This document shows, in pieces, positions 12,566-26,897 of a stretch of 64,000 nucleotides of DNA (position 1 is its first letter; the number at the start of each line of letters is the position of its first letter). The position numbers and the translations under genes were made by a program. This DNA is from Eledone cirrhosa. Its lineage: Eukaryota. Under the pieces are notes generated by a model. It was not told where the DNA came from and made no database searches. It saw only the letters and a program-made list of their open reading frames with translations. The DNA lies in contig OZ024740.1 in NCBI GenBank assembly GCA_964016885.1, positions 365,862,001 to 365,926,000 of the forward strand, in the 5' to 3' direction.

Positions 12566-15074
12566 CACACACACACACGCATATATTATACATAAACACA
12601 AGTAAGCTTATCAAAGTTCGTGGAATAATTGGAAGAACATGTTACATATTACAGAAATTAATAAACTTTATTCTTTTTTTTTAATTAACAGTTTCCTGTA
12701 AAATTACAAACAGATCAGCAGGAAGACATCCAAGCTACTAGCAGCTGAGATAAATTCATGACTTTGAATTTTTCTTTTTACTTTGGGAAACTAGTTTTCA
12801 CAAAATTACAAATATTTCTCGATATTCCCAGAAGATTTGAAATATTGTACAGTTCTATACCGATTTGTTCTGGTCACACTGACCATCCCATCCTTGGCTG
12901 AATAGTTCATAACTTAGCTTACTTTGTTATGAGCCTTTCACATGCTTTTAGATCAGGTCATGTACAGTACACAGCTCTTCCACACAGCTTTAAGTACACT
13001 TGCTAGGCTACAGGAGATAGCAAAGCTCAATGTTAGGCATACATATGATAAAACATTTCTGCTCTACAATGAACCATAAATTATTGGGCTATTGTATGCT
13101 TTTTTTTTTTGTTTCAAGAAGCAAATATCTAATGTGGTTATTATTTTATAAAATTAAACTAATTAAAAATTTAGCTTTAACCTATGTTGTACTAGTATGC
13201 ACTACATCCTGGCCCCATAACTAACTTAGGTGTTACCTTTCAAATGATACAAACTACTGATAAGTACAACAATGACGAAGAACAAACATTTCAAGCAACA
13301 ACAAAGTCTGGTGTTCAATGAACACTGAACAACAACGACTACAATAAAAACTAAGCTTCAACAAAAACATGTTGGTGCTAAAGTCAGAAATGAAACTTCC
13401 ACAAATTTGATCTATGTGCTCAATGAAGAGGCCAAATCTGCCATTCCTTAATCTGTATATCATAGGCCAGTAGAACTGACTAGTAACCTATTAACAACAT
13501 ATCTATGTTTTAAAGCAGTTTGATAATGCCCCATACAAAACTTTTGCATAGCTGCAACCAAGCCCAACATTCAGAAGATAACATTTATATTATTGCAGTT
13601 TGCATCTAACTCTTAAATTGTTTTAAGAAATTTAGTTTAACACTTTAAACAAGTCATTGACTTGCTACCTTTTGTAGCAGGGGAATGCCAATAAATTCAC
13701 ATATGAAATCAAGCCTTTTCTGAGTTTCAATTTATTCTGTTACATTAACCTATCTAAAATCATTAGTATTATAACTGCTAAAGAGTTAATTCATTCAAAT
13801 ATTCAAGTATTAGTGGTAAAGGAAAAAATATCAACCTTAAAGCAGTTAGAGTGTAAACTTTATAATCAGCTATAGAATTTAAATGTGTCTAGTGTGTGTT
13901 TGTTAATGGAACCTTAAACAAAAACAAAAAAGAATACATCTAATAAGACATTGTAAAATAAGACAACAAAATGCAAATGTCAACAAGTACGTAGGGACAT
14001 GTAATCACTTTTTTGTAACCTTTTAGAAAAGGGGTCGGGAATATAGAAATATATAAGTTTGTAACCATGGAATTAGTCAATGCTACTAAATCAAAGTTTT
14101 ATTATTAACAAATCAAATAAATCAACAAGACATTAGAAAATTAAACATATACATGTGTATGTGTGTGTATACGTAATATATATTTTATATATCTATAAAT
14201 ATATATATTTTTTATATATATATATATATATACACACACATACAAACATATGTATATAGATACACACACACATTTTATATATACATTTTACCAAAAGAAA
14301 AACATCTTTTCCAGCTTGGAAGATACAAAGAAAAAAACACAATTCTGAAAATAATAATGAAGATGGGTGTGTTGTACAAATATATTTCTAAATAGTGTAC
14401 TGAGTAACAACTGAACTGTACAGTAATATATCAAATCATAATGTATAGAATAAATAATAATTTAATTTTTAAGTGTGTATGTGTCTGTGCATGCATGAGA
14501 GCGTGTGTAGGGTATGTCGTTCGTTCCTACTACTGAGATATGAATCAATCAAAAAATAGATTTGGATGTTAGGTTTATTATTATGGTAGTTTATTAGTAA
14601 ATTATTATTATTTTTAAAATGTTGGTTCTGAAACCAAATTTTGTAAGGAATGAGTTGGCAATTTCATAAGGGGGTGTATATAAAAAGAAAAGGAAAAAAA
14701 AACAGGAGATATATAATTAGAAAGTCTTGTATTTCATGATAAATGATCATCATATCCACCCAGATTTTTCTCTTTTGGAGTATCATAGTTTTTGTCAACA
14801 AAAGACAAGGTTTTGGTTGTGAGGGCGGTGGTATTTTAAAGATTTCAATTACTGGGTGGAAACTGAAGATATATCAACAGTTTATAAGAGTATGAGACAA
14901 AGACAACTCAGAGTATGTGATGCATGATCATTGTTGAGGTCTTTCACAAAGAACATAGAATAATTTACTCAACAAAACATTGAAGAAATGGAATGCTTTT
15001 AGAAAATTGCCAACTTTTTTTATACACACCTGGTCTCTAACCAAGCCATACAAGAGCTGCATGTTTGTGCGTAG

Positions 15075-15117
<43 letters not shown>

Positions 15118-15689
15118 TGTATATAATATATGTCTGTATATATTTAAAAAGTTTACATATTCACACAAAAATCAAAAGAAAAAAATGAAATAAAAACAGA
15201 GCAATAAAAAAAAAAATATTATTAATAATAATTTTTTCTAACATAGGCACAAGGCCAGACATTTTAGTGGAGGGGTTAAATAATTAAATCAATTCCAGTA
15301 CTTGACAGGTACTTTATTTTATCAACCCCAGAAAGATGAAAGGCAAAGTTGACCGTGGCAGGATTTGAACTCAGAATGTAAAAAGTCGAAACAAATTCTG
15401 CAAGGCATTTTGTCCGACACTCTCACAGTTTTGCCAATCTACTACCCTGTACAATAATAATATTAATAATAATGATAATAATAATAATATTAATAATAAT
15501 GATAATAATAATAATACAAGCCCCTTGCACTACTGTTATTAAATCTACTTTCAGCAATGTGGATAAGCAAGGACGACCTTTAAAAAATATTTTACAACCA
15601 TTTCTTTCACTTCTTTTTGTACAACGCAATGGATTGGAGCAGTTTGAAAATCAGTGTAAGCGGCACACACATATATAATGTGTGTGTGT

Positions 15690-15732
<43 letters not shown>

Positions 15733-15921
15733 CACATGCATGTGTGTCTAAGTTTGTGCTATGAACAATAGACTTAGTTAGTAGTGTTGGCATTTTATTT
15801 ATTTAAAGTTTAGCTTTGACCACTTGAATCATAAGCAAAGAAACAACTGGATACAGCTAAACTTTAACATACTGGTCGCAATACCAGTCAACAGCCACTA
15901 CAGCACTAACGTGTGTGTGTG

Positions 15922-15979
<58 letters not shown>

Positions 15980-16720
15980 TTTTTAGTTTCATGGATTTTG
16001 TTCCTCCTCTTTTGGACAGCAGAGAATCTCATATGATGAGAGGTTACAGGGTTATATCAAATTTGATTCCAATGTATAAAAAGAGGCAGGACTGTTGGCA
16101 ACTCTCTCTCAGAGTAAAACCTGCTGATGATACCTAGTAAATTAGCCAAGTACTCAACAGATACCAAGACTAAATAATCATCATCATAATCATCATCATC
16201 ATCATCAGGAATGCTCAGCATTTAAATGAGTGTATTTATTATTCTATTTTTTATTTATTCTAAAAAGCAAATTTGTTAAAGAACAAAATATTTGTGCTTT
16301 CTATTATTTAGGCATCTTTCAGTTTCTTTTCTTTTTGTTATTGATATATTTAATATTTATGTATGTCTATGAAAATGTATGTATGTGTATGTAAAGGACA
16401 GATCTGCAGATGGATTAGATTAAATGTTCTGAATGAAGAGAATAAGAGAAGAGGAAGGCGCGATGAAAAAAAGGAGGATTCATGCAGAGACGATGGAACA
16501 AACACTGTCAATGATGTCAATAATTATAATAATAGTAATAATAATAATGATTAATAATAATAAAATATAGAAATGATGTCTGTGTATTTCAGTGCATCAT
16601 GCACAGTGATTGTTGTTTCGTTAAATTTTCTTCTCTTTTTCTCAGTCAAATTGTTCTGGGTATAGTTATATTCAGTGAACTGTAAGTTGGTGGGAGAGGA
16701 AAGTTGGTAGAGGGGAAGTT
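8995..16720 (-). other. Putative long 3' UTR of the catenin gene
   Basis: No further coding exons seen; U-rich on the minus strand; AATAAA (plus-strand tttatt 9009-9014) followed downstream by a U-tract (plus-strand A-run ~8954-8980). More proximal AATAAA sites exist, so the end is uncertain. Confidence 0.35.
11380..11835 (+). mobile_element. CR1 LINE 3' fragment
   Basis: LGMDTLKLRRLATDL...TRGH...RKHFFTLRVAEAWNKLP, 3' UTR and (ATT)n tail. Confidence 0.85.
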
Positions 16721-16888
16721 TCACACCCAGGAGTCAGCATTTCCAGGATTTTCAAAATGAAAATCTGCATTATTGTGTGTTGGGCCATTGGGATTTTCCT
16801 GGGCATGTCTTGCTGAAGATTTGTTTACTTGTGCATATAGTGGTTCACCATTGGAGTTAACCAGATTCAGTGACACAGGTTGAGATTC
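16721..16888 (-). CDS. CTNND2: p120/delta-catenin family protein, terminal coding exon ending in PDZ ligand DSWV
   Basis: tatttctttttcag|GAATCT...TGGGTG TGA; ESQPVSLNLVNSNGEPLYAQVNK...PGNADSWV*; DSWV is the C-terminus of delta-catenin, p0071/PKP4 and ARVCF. Confidence 0.9.
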   Translation of the reverse strand, partial: ESQPVSLNLVNSNGEPLYAQVNKSSARHAQENPNGPTHNNADFHFENPGNADSWV

Positions 16889-17468
16889 CTGAAAAAGAAA
16901 TAAGGTTGTTTTATTTATAGAGATAGATATGGCAAAATGTGGTAGACAACTCATTCTGTCAGTTTAGCTAATGGGATTGCAAAGGGGAATAAGTCATGTG
17001 GCTTCAAAAATTAAAACAAAGATTTTGGTAGTGGCTCAGCAACTTATGCAGCAAATTAGCAGAGTGATCGTTAGAATGTCGGACAAAATGCTCTGCAGTT
17101 TTTGTTGTGGCTTTCTGCTATGGTCAACTTTGCCTTTTATTCTTTCAATGCCAACATAAAAAAACTACCAGCCCAGTACTGAAGTAGATTCTTCCTCTAT
17201 ATCTCTTTCTCCCTATCACTTTATCTCTCTGAAAGAAATCGGTTGTGTACAGACCTAGAGTTGGACAGGCTCTGCCAGGTTTAAAATGTCCAGGAAATGC
17301 CCATATGTTACTACAGCCTCCCTACTACTCCACCAGGAGTTACAGGTTCATACATACATACTACAGTTTATTAAGTGTTATGAGATATTTTAGACACAGA
17401 CACTAGAAAATACTCTGTAATCCTTAATGTGTCGCAGAATTATCCCCAAAGAACATATTCCTAGATTT

Positions 17469-17540
17469 ATAGGGTAAAAATGAGGTATATGTATAGGGTA
17501 AAAATGAAGTACATGTATAGGGTAAAAATGAAGTACATGT
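17469..17540. repeat. 3 x 24-bp tandem repeat
   Basis: Units ATAGGGTAAAAATGA(G/A)GTA(T/C)ATGT. Confidence 0.8.
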
Positions 17541-17589
17541 AAATATATCAATTCCTGTAAAAATATATGTACAGATATTTAATGTTGAT

Positions 17590-18066
17590 AATAATGGAAA
17601 TTATTGTGTGCAGTGCTTAGGTACACTACAACTCATCAAAGGTGCATGTAAGTATATAGAATAATGTAGAAATGTCAGGAAAGTGAACAGTGTATGAGTC
17701 ATGATATACATACAGACACATACACATGCATGTGAGTGTGTGTATGGAGAGGGAATATCAGGGAATATGGTCATGGAGGTGTCACAACAAAAAGTGCTTA
17801 GCCCACACTGTAAAGTGGTCGTGTTGATGACATGACAAAAAGCACCCAGCCAAACTGTAAAGTGGTCATGTAGGTGTCATGACAAAAATCACCCAGTACA
17901 CACTGTAAATGTGGTTGGTGTTAGGAAGGGCATCCAGCCATAGAAACCAAGCCAGAACCAGTTCTGTATGAACAAGACCCAGTCACCTGATCTGACTTGT
18001 CTCAATGAGATAACTCATGTCAGCCATGCTAGCATGAAAAAATGGACATTAAACAGTGATGATGAT
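17590..18066. mobile_element. CR1 3' fragment (minus, ~17590-17760) next to an RTE/SINE tail fragment (plus, ~17770-18066)
   Basis: Matches the CR1 3' UTR and the RTE 3' UTR at 60900-61178, including the (GAT)n tail. Confidence 0.6.
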
Positions 18067-18628
18067 TAGAAACATTATTACAGTAATATTTTTACCATTA
18101 GAAACAATATTGGAGTTTTCTTACACATTGCCATAAATTACATCAACTACTACTGATATTTAATTTCCAAACTCTAACATCGCCCATCTTGCTAACACTA
18201 CTAAACCATGCTAAACCCCAAAACAACTTATTGGAGACGGTTATTCTATTCTGTTAAATAGACAACCACAGAAATTGAGAAGCAGGAATAATTGTTTCTG
18301 ATTTAGGCACAAGGCCAGCAGTTTGAAGGGAAGGGAAAAGTTGATTAAATTGACCCAGTACATAACTGGTACTTATTTTATCGACCCCGCAAGGATGAAA
18401 GGCAAAGCTAATCATGGCAGGATTTGAACTTAGAATATAAAGGGTCATAACTATGCAGTAAAGCATATTTTCCAAAGCAGGAATAATAATGGCTTGCTCT
18501 TTCTATGGTTGGTTGCTTGGATAATTTTACACACCATTGTGAACACGATACATTGAAAAATGCTTAGTTAGTAAATTAACACAAGTTTTGAAAATGAAAT
18601 ATATGAAAGTTATTTTCTCAATACTTAC

Positions 18629-18730
18629 AAGACCAGATGTTAGCGCAGAAGAATTTGGTAATTTAGAATGACCCCTCTGATCACTCAAGCTTTGATAGCC
18701 AGGTCCCATGTCATTTAAAGGTATTGAATC
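18629..18730 (-). CDS. CTNND2: p120/delta-catenin family protein, penultimate exon
   Basis: tcttctattcccag|GATTCA...GGTCTT|gtaagt; 102 nt, phase 0->0; DSIPLNDMGPGYQSLSDQRGHSKLPNSSALTSGL resembles ARVCF DVIPMDALGPDGYSTVD (recalled). Confidence 0.85.
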
Positions 18731-20056
18731 CTGGGAATAGAAGATAAATTAAATTAGAACAATAGGCAATTAAGGTATAATATAAAAAAAATTGGTGGTT
18801 TTTGCCAGTCAGTCATTTTGAATTAGTAAATAAAATGTAATTTGCTGTAATAATAATAATAATAATATTTAAGTCAAATATTTTATAAAATAAGGGGGAT
18901 TATAATAAATTTTGTAAGAAATTGTTGGAATTATGAAGAATATAAAAAACATGTTCTTTCTGAGTATATATGTTCATAGGCACACACACACATTCACTCA
19001 CACTAAACATATTCCTAGATAATTATTCAGTGACTTAAGTACTTTATTAGCTACAAAACCAACACATGAAACAATTAAACTATAGAGACAAAAATAAATT
19101 ATAAGCTACATAACATACATCACATAGGAACAATATACAACACTATCACCACACAATATATTTAATATTTTGTTACAGCCATTATGTGAATATTAACGAA
19201 AAATAAATAAAATAAAAATAAAAATAACATTAAGTGTAATTTAAACTAAATATTAAAAAAAAAAAAGATTTTACACATTTTAATTGTTCATTTAAATTTA
19301 ATTTAATGAGTTTATAAACATTTATAAAATTCTGATATGATACTAAAATGTGATGCTAAATCAACCAAGATACTGAATATCTTCTAATTTTTACCATTGA
19401 TCAATAAAGGTAAACAAATTAATTTTTTTCCCAAGAAGTCCTTGGAAAAAGGTCAAGGGTGCTGTTCTTTATCTTGCATCCAAGTGATAAGAAAAAATAA
19501 ATTATTTAACCCAACTTTTGTTAAGATGCTATCTACTTACACCAACTTAATTTTTTTTCAAGACTCATAATGATAAAATGACTGAAACCCTTTTAATACC
19601 AAACTCCCAAAGAACCTTTTGATACCAAACTGCCTGAAACCAACCCTGGTTCTATGTTACAATATTTATTTTAAAGTAAACAGCTTCCATCATATATAAT
19701 TAACCTTTAAGATATATTCCAGACACCAGCTTAATAATGAAAAAGTTCTATTACTAAATCCCTCGAAATATGATAACAAAAGGGTTATTTAATAATTGAT
19801 TATCAGACAGGCTACTTTTAAGTGTTTTTTCAATCCTGATAAGTGTTAGGCAGGGCTGAGAAATAACACTTCTATTCATCTAAGTCTTATTGATCTCACT
19901 TCTTTTTAGATTTAGCCCCCTCCACAAATTCATCTTTATTATTTTCTCTGGATCTTTCAATGTAAATTATATTTTTGAAGATATATATATATATTACTGA
20001 AATTGGAATAAGTTACAATGGTTATCTAAAGAGAACTAATTAATACCAATAAAATA

Positions 20057-20119
20057 ATTACAGTTTATCTTCTAATAAAGATACATTACAGTTTATCTTC
20101 TAATAAAGATACATTACAG
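20057..20119. repeat. 28-bp tandem duplication
   Basis: ATTACAGTTTATCTTCTAATAAAGATAC twice, then ATTACAG. Confidence 0.8.
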
Positions 20120-22316
20120 AATACAACAATGATCCACAGTAGTTTTAGAAGTTTCCTAATTAAACATCATGCAATTAGGAAATCAGTAGTAGTAATAAAT
20201 AATAATAATAAAAACAAAAACAATAAAATGAAATGTTATCAGGCATCATTCTTTTTTACTAACTGAAGAATTTAATCATTCCTAGGCCATGCACTTTTTC
20301 TCAAAACTCATTTTCAAACAAGCTAATATCATGTAAAGCACATCCTGATTAGAATTTGTTGTAATTTATAAATTAAGAGATTCAAGGTTTTATTATTGTT
20401 AGTTTTTGTTGTTGTCTTATAACTAATCCTACTTTTGAAGTAACAAGTTTAGTTGAGAATGCACCAGTTTTTCTACCCCTAGAACAAAGCCATTTCACAC
20501 CTAACATACTAAAAATCTCATTGGGTAAAGCATAGTAATCACCATCTCATTTCTAAACTTGAAACTTTGTAGAAGGAAAAGGAAAAAATGAAAAAATATC
20601 ATAGTTCAAATATTGGTTTATAAGGTTTATCCACTAAATTTTCCTTTTTTATTTGGAGTGGGGTACACTGAAAGAAAGTTAGTATTGATGGAGTGCAGTG
20701 AACCAGAACATTTTAAGATAGGATACATGATAGAAATTCAAATAAAATTGATTATGGTAAGACATTCTTACATTTTCTAGCAAGTATACCATTTTCTTTT
20801 ATAAAGGTTCTTACTGCAAAGCATAGGGAACAAGAGCAAATTACACCTTTAATTTTTCCAAAATAATTTAACCTGTATCCACGACATATAAGATATTTGC
20901 TATTTTGACCAGACTTGAGTGATTGGTTTGTCATACCCTATTAAACTAGTGTTGCCCAGCAAACTCAGAATTCTTTAGTCGACGTCTATCACTGCATCAA
21001 AATTTAGATGAGTAGGTATGCATACTAATATGTCTATTTATTTTCATATTATACATTGATAACCTTACAAGAACATATACAGATGACTGGTAGACTCAAG
21101 TCATATTTGTAAGGCAATTTCTTTTTACCCCACCCCAAATTTAATCAGGAAGGACTCCAATGCTTACAAGGGTCAGGTGGTGCATGTTAAATCAGAGAAC
21201 CTGAAACATGTGAATGAAAGTCAAGCTTTGAGATTTCTCTCCCATGAAACAGGTAATCCTAGAGAGATATTCATCTCCAGGTCCTCTCTAAACTCAAGAG
21301 TTTTAGTGATTGATAACTTCAAAGTATTGCTATGAAGTGAGAACACAAAATACTAGAGTATATCTCAACAGCTATGGGTATGTAGTGAAGTAGTTTTCTT
21401 GCATTTCCAAACTGATTTCAGACTGCATATCCATAGCCGTAATTACAGAAGGTGGTGTCTCCAACAATATTATGAAAGCAAAACCAGCATAGTAGTAAAA
21501 GAAAACAAAAATAAAAACTCCAATAAGACCGAATCATAAATTACATAGTCTAAAAAAAACCTCTCATTTGTTTGTGTTAATGTAATTTAGTCCCAAATTA
21601 AAATAACTTATGATGAAATATATGACATTTTAGATGGGACCTATCGGTATCATTTCTAGAATTATTCCTTTTGAAGACTGTAGTGAGAGATGCGGGAGAG
21701 TTGGCTGCTATTTTTAAGTAGTTGCGCAGTAACATAGAAGCACTAAAGTGTGAATATGAGGAAAATTCTATTGAGTTATTTTGAATAGATTTTGTGATAA
21801 ATTTCATTTATAAAAGTAAATATTAAAAATACAACATTAAAAAAATATCGGATAGAGACGTTGTCAAGAGAGATAACTTTAAAATGAAGGCTAGTCAAAC
21901 GGAAGTTATGTCCCTTAAGACGGAAGGTTTACAATTTTCAAAGATTCTTTTGGTTTTTCGATGACATATTACGATTCCTTTGATCCTTTAAAAGCTAGTA
22001 TAGGCAATGAGGCCTAGTAGAGTTCATGCATTTTCCCTAGAACATAATATATAAAAGAAAAATTTAACTTGAAGTTGTAAACTCGATTTGCTGACAACTA
22101 ACTTCCACAGCGAAGCTAGTCTTTAAAATAACTAAAAAAAATAGACACGAAGCAGATGAGTATAATTCACAACATCCATCCAAATCTACTGCAGAATTTA
22201 AGATACATCTGAGATATTACATCACTCATATAGAGCATGTTTTAAATGAGTTCATCAGTCAACTTTATTGTCTACAACATAATAGATTTTATACTTCAGT
22301 GACTTAAGGTTATAAT

Positions 22317-22505
22317 AATTGTTTCTACTTTTGGCACAAGGCCAGCAATGACCCAGTGTATTACTGGTACTTTATTTAATCGACCCCGTAAGGATGAAAG
22401 GCAAAGTTAACCTCGGCGGGATTTGAACTCAGAATGGAAAGGGCCGTAACTCTATGCGTCAAAGCATGGCGTCCGACCCTCTACCGATACTGCCAATCCA
22501 CCGCC
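22317..22505 (-). mobile_element. Full-length Nin-type SINE
   Basis: Near identical to 26724-26897 and to the reverse complement of 411-600. Confidence 0.85.
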
Positions 22506-24896
22506 CTAAGAACAATAATAATAACATCAATTATAATAGATTTTTCTTAATTAATCAGTTTGAACAGCAGTTAATAGCATTAAGTAAGTTCCTGATTAGC
22601 TGCAAGATCTTTAGAGATATATATTAAAAAAAAAGATGAGGGAAGTTCAACATTCTTCCAAAGAGACTAACATAGAAATTGAAAATATTTCAAACTGAAA
22701 TGTCACCAAGTTTTTTTACATACAACACATACATAATGTGATAAACCTAAGCATAAACTATTTTCATCTTGTTTCTGGTCTCTAAAGAAAGAGTAGGAAA
22801 AAACAAATTCGCTGCATGAAAAAACAGTATAGTGAGAGGTAAATGAAAGATAGGAAGAGAAAAATGGATGTGAGATGAAAAGAAATATAGTAGGGTGTTA
22901 AAGAATCAGTGATAGGAAAATGAACAGAATATAATATGAAGAGGACAAAAAGGGAAATAATAGGAAGAAAGAATTAGAAATAGTAGAGGATAAGTATTGA
23001 TACAAGATGAGAATAAAAATGATAAGGAACAAATTGATGGAGTATGGAATAAAGACTGAAGACTGAGTAGACCTATCAGAAGAAAAAAATTGTAACAATA
23101 TGTTGAAAAATCAAATAAATTAAAAAAGAAATATACCAAATGTTTGTGTAAGATAAATACGGCCTATAACTCATTAGAACATTATTTTATAGTAATCTTC
23201 CATACAATACTATGATATTTTTACATTTAAACATCAATATGTTTGAAGAAAATTACAATGAAATAAGATTGTTGTGATTGTTGTAAAGGTGTAAAGATAT
23301 TAGACGAACAGACTTTGAAATAAAATTGTAATCAGCTTTTAGAAACAGACTCAGTGTACCCATTTTTTGCTGTATTTGATGAAATATTGAATTAAGATTA
23401 AGTGACTGTCCCTCAAAATTTACAATATTGATTATTAGTTGACTACAAGCTGTTCTTAAAATAAACTATAGTTTCTCAGACAGAGTAGAACAAGTTTTAA
23501 AGGCCTTTTCTCTGACCCTCTTGTCTTTTAGTTCAAACACCAATTTGGCATTTGTGAAGTAAGGAATTCTTTCTTTTAATTTATTTATTTTGCAAGTGAA
23601 ACATTTCAAAATGAATTTGTAAAAATGTTAGTAGAGTAACAAAAATACAACTATACCATCACATCAAAAGAAAATACACATAAATGGAGATCAAACAGTA
23701 GTTTAAAAATTGTTTTGTGTGATGTATACTAAAGAGATTGGTGATAAGTGTCTGTTGAAATGACTGAGTGTGTTTGGTTATTTATATCATAATAGTGTGT
23801 ATGCTGAAATTATTGTGTAAAAATAGTTAAAGATCATTTTTATAGCAGAGAGAGTATATATATGTAATATATTGTAATATATAAAATGTACTGATTTCTA
23901 TTAATTTTGGAGAAATGAAAATCAAAGACAATCTCAACAGGATCCCAGAAATGGAAGCTCAAACCAAATTCTAAAATACAACCAATCAATCTTTTGTTAA
24001 TTCTACCATACTAGCACTCACATGCACACACTATTGGCTCAATATAGCAGACAAAACATCTGAAAATATTTCCTTTTTTTTAAAATAGAAATTATGTTTT
24101 AAATCCCTAAAATCTAAGGTAACACATCCCACAGGAACGATGGGATTTTTATAGCTGGTACTCAACATGAATAGATAAGCCGACACTAATGAAATTCATC
24201 TTAAAATGTGGCAGTGGGCAAATTCGTCTAACACAATTCATCTAAATTTTATATTAATAAATATTTGTTATTTTTTCATTATAATATAGTTGTTATCTAC
24301 ACTTTATCAAAAAAAAGCTTAATTTATTTTAGAATTAATACATAAATTTATGTATTTAACATTTAAATGAAATTATAAGCAACAGAATTCTGTGTACATA
24401 TCCATAAAAGTCAATTATTAGCTTTAGATGAAAGTTATGGGCAATACACTGAATATAGTCAAGGATGTTGAAGTCTACAAGTTTTTTATGTATTGAGCAG
24501 CATCACAGTATCATTGCTTTATATTTTCTGGTTTGCCTTCCTGACATATATTGCTCAATTTGTGCCTTATTATAATTCTACTCTTTTTTCAAACAATCAA
24601 TGAAACTTGAGTTTGGAAACCTCTGTGCAAACCTTCAAATGAGTTATTTGTTTTTGGAAACATCTGGAGAACTTCAAGAGGAATGATGTCGTTATTGCAT
24701 AATAACTCAAATGTCTCTATCACAGCATTTACTGGTACAAATGCTAATGCTGGTAACATGTAGACTCAAAGCAAAATTCGGATCAGTTTTGTATTGTTTC
24801 AAGACACTGCTTTGAATTTTATGATAAATACATTTTGTAAAAACCATCCCTTCTGTTTTGCCCTGGGAAATTCTTTTTCATACATGCTTTGAATAT

Positions 24897-26108
24897 CTAG
24901 GGCAGGTAAAATTCCCGAGATCCATGGATGAGTTCTCTCCAGCGGTCTCTGTCCCTCATTATCGCTGCCATGTCATGCGTCTCCAACAGACCAGTGTCTG
25001 TCCTTAGGGCATCAACATACGTTAACCTTGGTCTTCCGCTTCCAGTGTGTCCATGCAGGGGCTCCCACAGGAGCACTGAGTGCAGTGTCAACTCTGGATG
25101 TCGGTGAGCATGTCCAGCTAACCTCAGTCTACTCTGTGTCACTTTTGAGCTGACTTTTGGGAGGCTCCCATACAGCTCTGAGTTTTTCATCCTCAGTGTA
25201 TACTGATTAATGTTCAGAGCCATCCTCAGCATTCTCGTGTAGCACCCATCCACCATCTGAGTGAGTTTCTTGGTCAGTGTCCAAGTCTCAGACCCGTACA
25301 GCAGCACAGACTCCACTACAGCAATGAAGAGGCGGATCTTCACAAAGGTCCGACTTCCACACCGATCTCAAACTGTGGCACGCTGACCAGGCTTTGCTCT
25401 TCCTCTCAACCACATCATCTTCCGTATTCTCAATCTTTGCTCCCAAATACAGGAAGCGTCAACTAATTCCAGTGGCTTCTCACCTACATTAGTAATCCCC
25501 TCTGGCTTCTCAACATTCTCTACCAGACATTTTGTCTTAGTCTCATTCATTCTCAGCCCCACACTCATCGACACAGTCTCAACTTCCTGCATCAAATCCT
25601 CTGCCTCCTTCACTGTATTTGTCACCAAACCTATGTCGTCGGCAAATTCAGCATCCAATATCTTTTTCACCTTAGCTCTCCTGCTCTGAGCCGGTGTTAC
25701 AGTAAAGCCAGAGTCCTGGTGTTTCTCCAGTGCAAGGCGCATACCATAGTCCACTACGATGATAAAAAGGTAGGGAGCCAATGTATCTCCCTGGAGCACT
25801 CCAGCCAGTATCTCAAAGAACTCTGTCATCCCATCAGGTGTAATGACTTGGGCTTTGGTGTTGGTGTAGAGCAGTGATATCAGGTCCACTATCTTCTTGG
25901 GGATTCCATAAGCCTGTAAGATCTTCATCAGGCAGTGACGGTCCACAGAATTAAAGGCCTTCCTAAAGTCAATGAAAACCATGACCGCAGGAAGGCACTT
26001 TGCTCTAGCTCCCTCTAATATCCTCCTCAGCATTAGGATGTAACTGGTGGTTGATCTTCCCTCTCTGAAGCCGTTCTGGTTGTCCCTGAGCTTCTCCATC
26101 TCGGGCTG
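24897..26108 (-). mobile_element. RTE/RTE-X-type LINE reverse transcriptase 3' fragment nested in the MULE
   Basis: NQNGFREGRSTT, FIDFRKAFNSV, GVLQGDTLAPYLF, FADD, LLYGSETW, RLRLAGH, GRPRLTY; frameshifted near 25430; flanked by GAATAT direct repeat (24891-24896 / 26109-26114). Confidence 0.9.
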
Positions 26109-26723
26109 GAATATGGCATTCTTTAAATCAATTGATATTGATAATGGCACACATGTTGGCTCTAACTTTTCTCTTGTAAAAGTGTTATATACGTTTCTTC
26201 AGATTTGTTGGGTAATAAAGCAAAGACAAGCAGTAGTGAAGATTTGTCTTTTAATCCATGCAGGATATACAGCTGAACAGCTTTAAACATTGTCACCATA
26301 TCAATGTTCATGTTATGGTGAACATTGCATATTGCATCATGTTGCAAACATTACTAAACACTTTTCAACTGATCCACAATTTATCACCTTTAAATGTTGT
26401 GGTAAATTCATGGGGAAAATTAGGTCACTACAATTTGAAAGTAATGGCTGGTCCAGCACTACTTTGTTCTTGGATAGATGACATTCTTTTAATGCTTTGC
26501 ATCCTTGGAAGTTTTGGAGCAACAGCTTAGCTGTAATTTTCCATTGCACTAGATGTTATTGAATAAGGTGCAGCTTTTGAAGATTTTGCAAGGTGCCGGA
26601 TTTGTGCCAATGTCTTTGTAGCTACAACTTCTGCGACATCTAAAATGCCATTGTATTCAATCACAAATTTCACAATTGGATTGTTAACAGTAGTTATGTT
26701 ATTATAGCACTTCGTTTTATAAT

Positions 26724-26897
26724 TGTTTCTACAAGGCCAGCAATTACCCAGTGTATTACTGGTACTTTATTTTATCGACCCCGTAAGGATGAAAGGCAAA
26801 GTTAACCTCAGCGGGATTTGAACTCGGAATGGAAAGGGCCGTAACTCTTTGCGTCAAAGCATGGCGTCCGACCCTCTACCGATACTGCCAATCCACC
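26724..26897 (-). mobile_element. Nin-type SINE with perfect 17-bp target-site duplication, nested in the MULE
   Basis: TSD GCACTTCGTTTTATAAT at 26707-26723 and 26898-26914. Confidence 0.9.
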
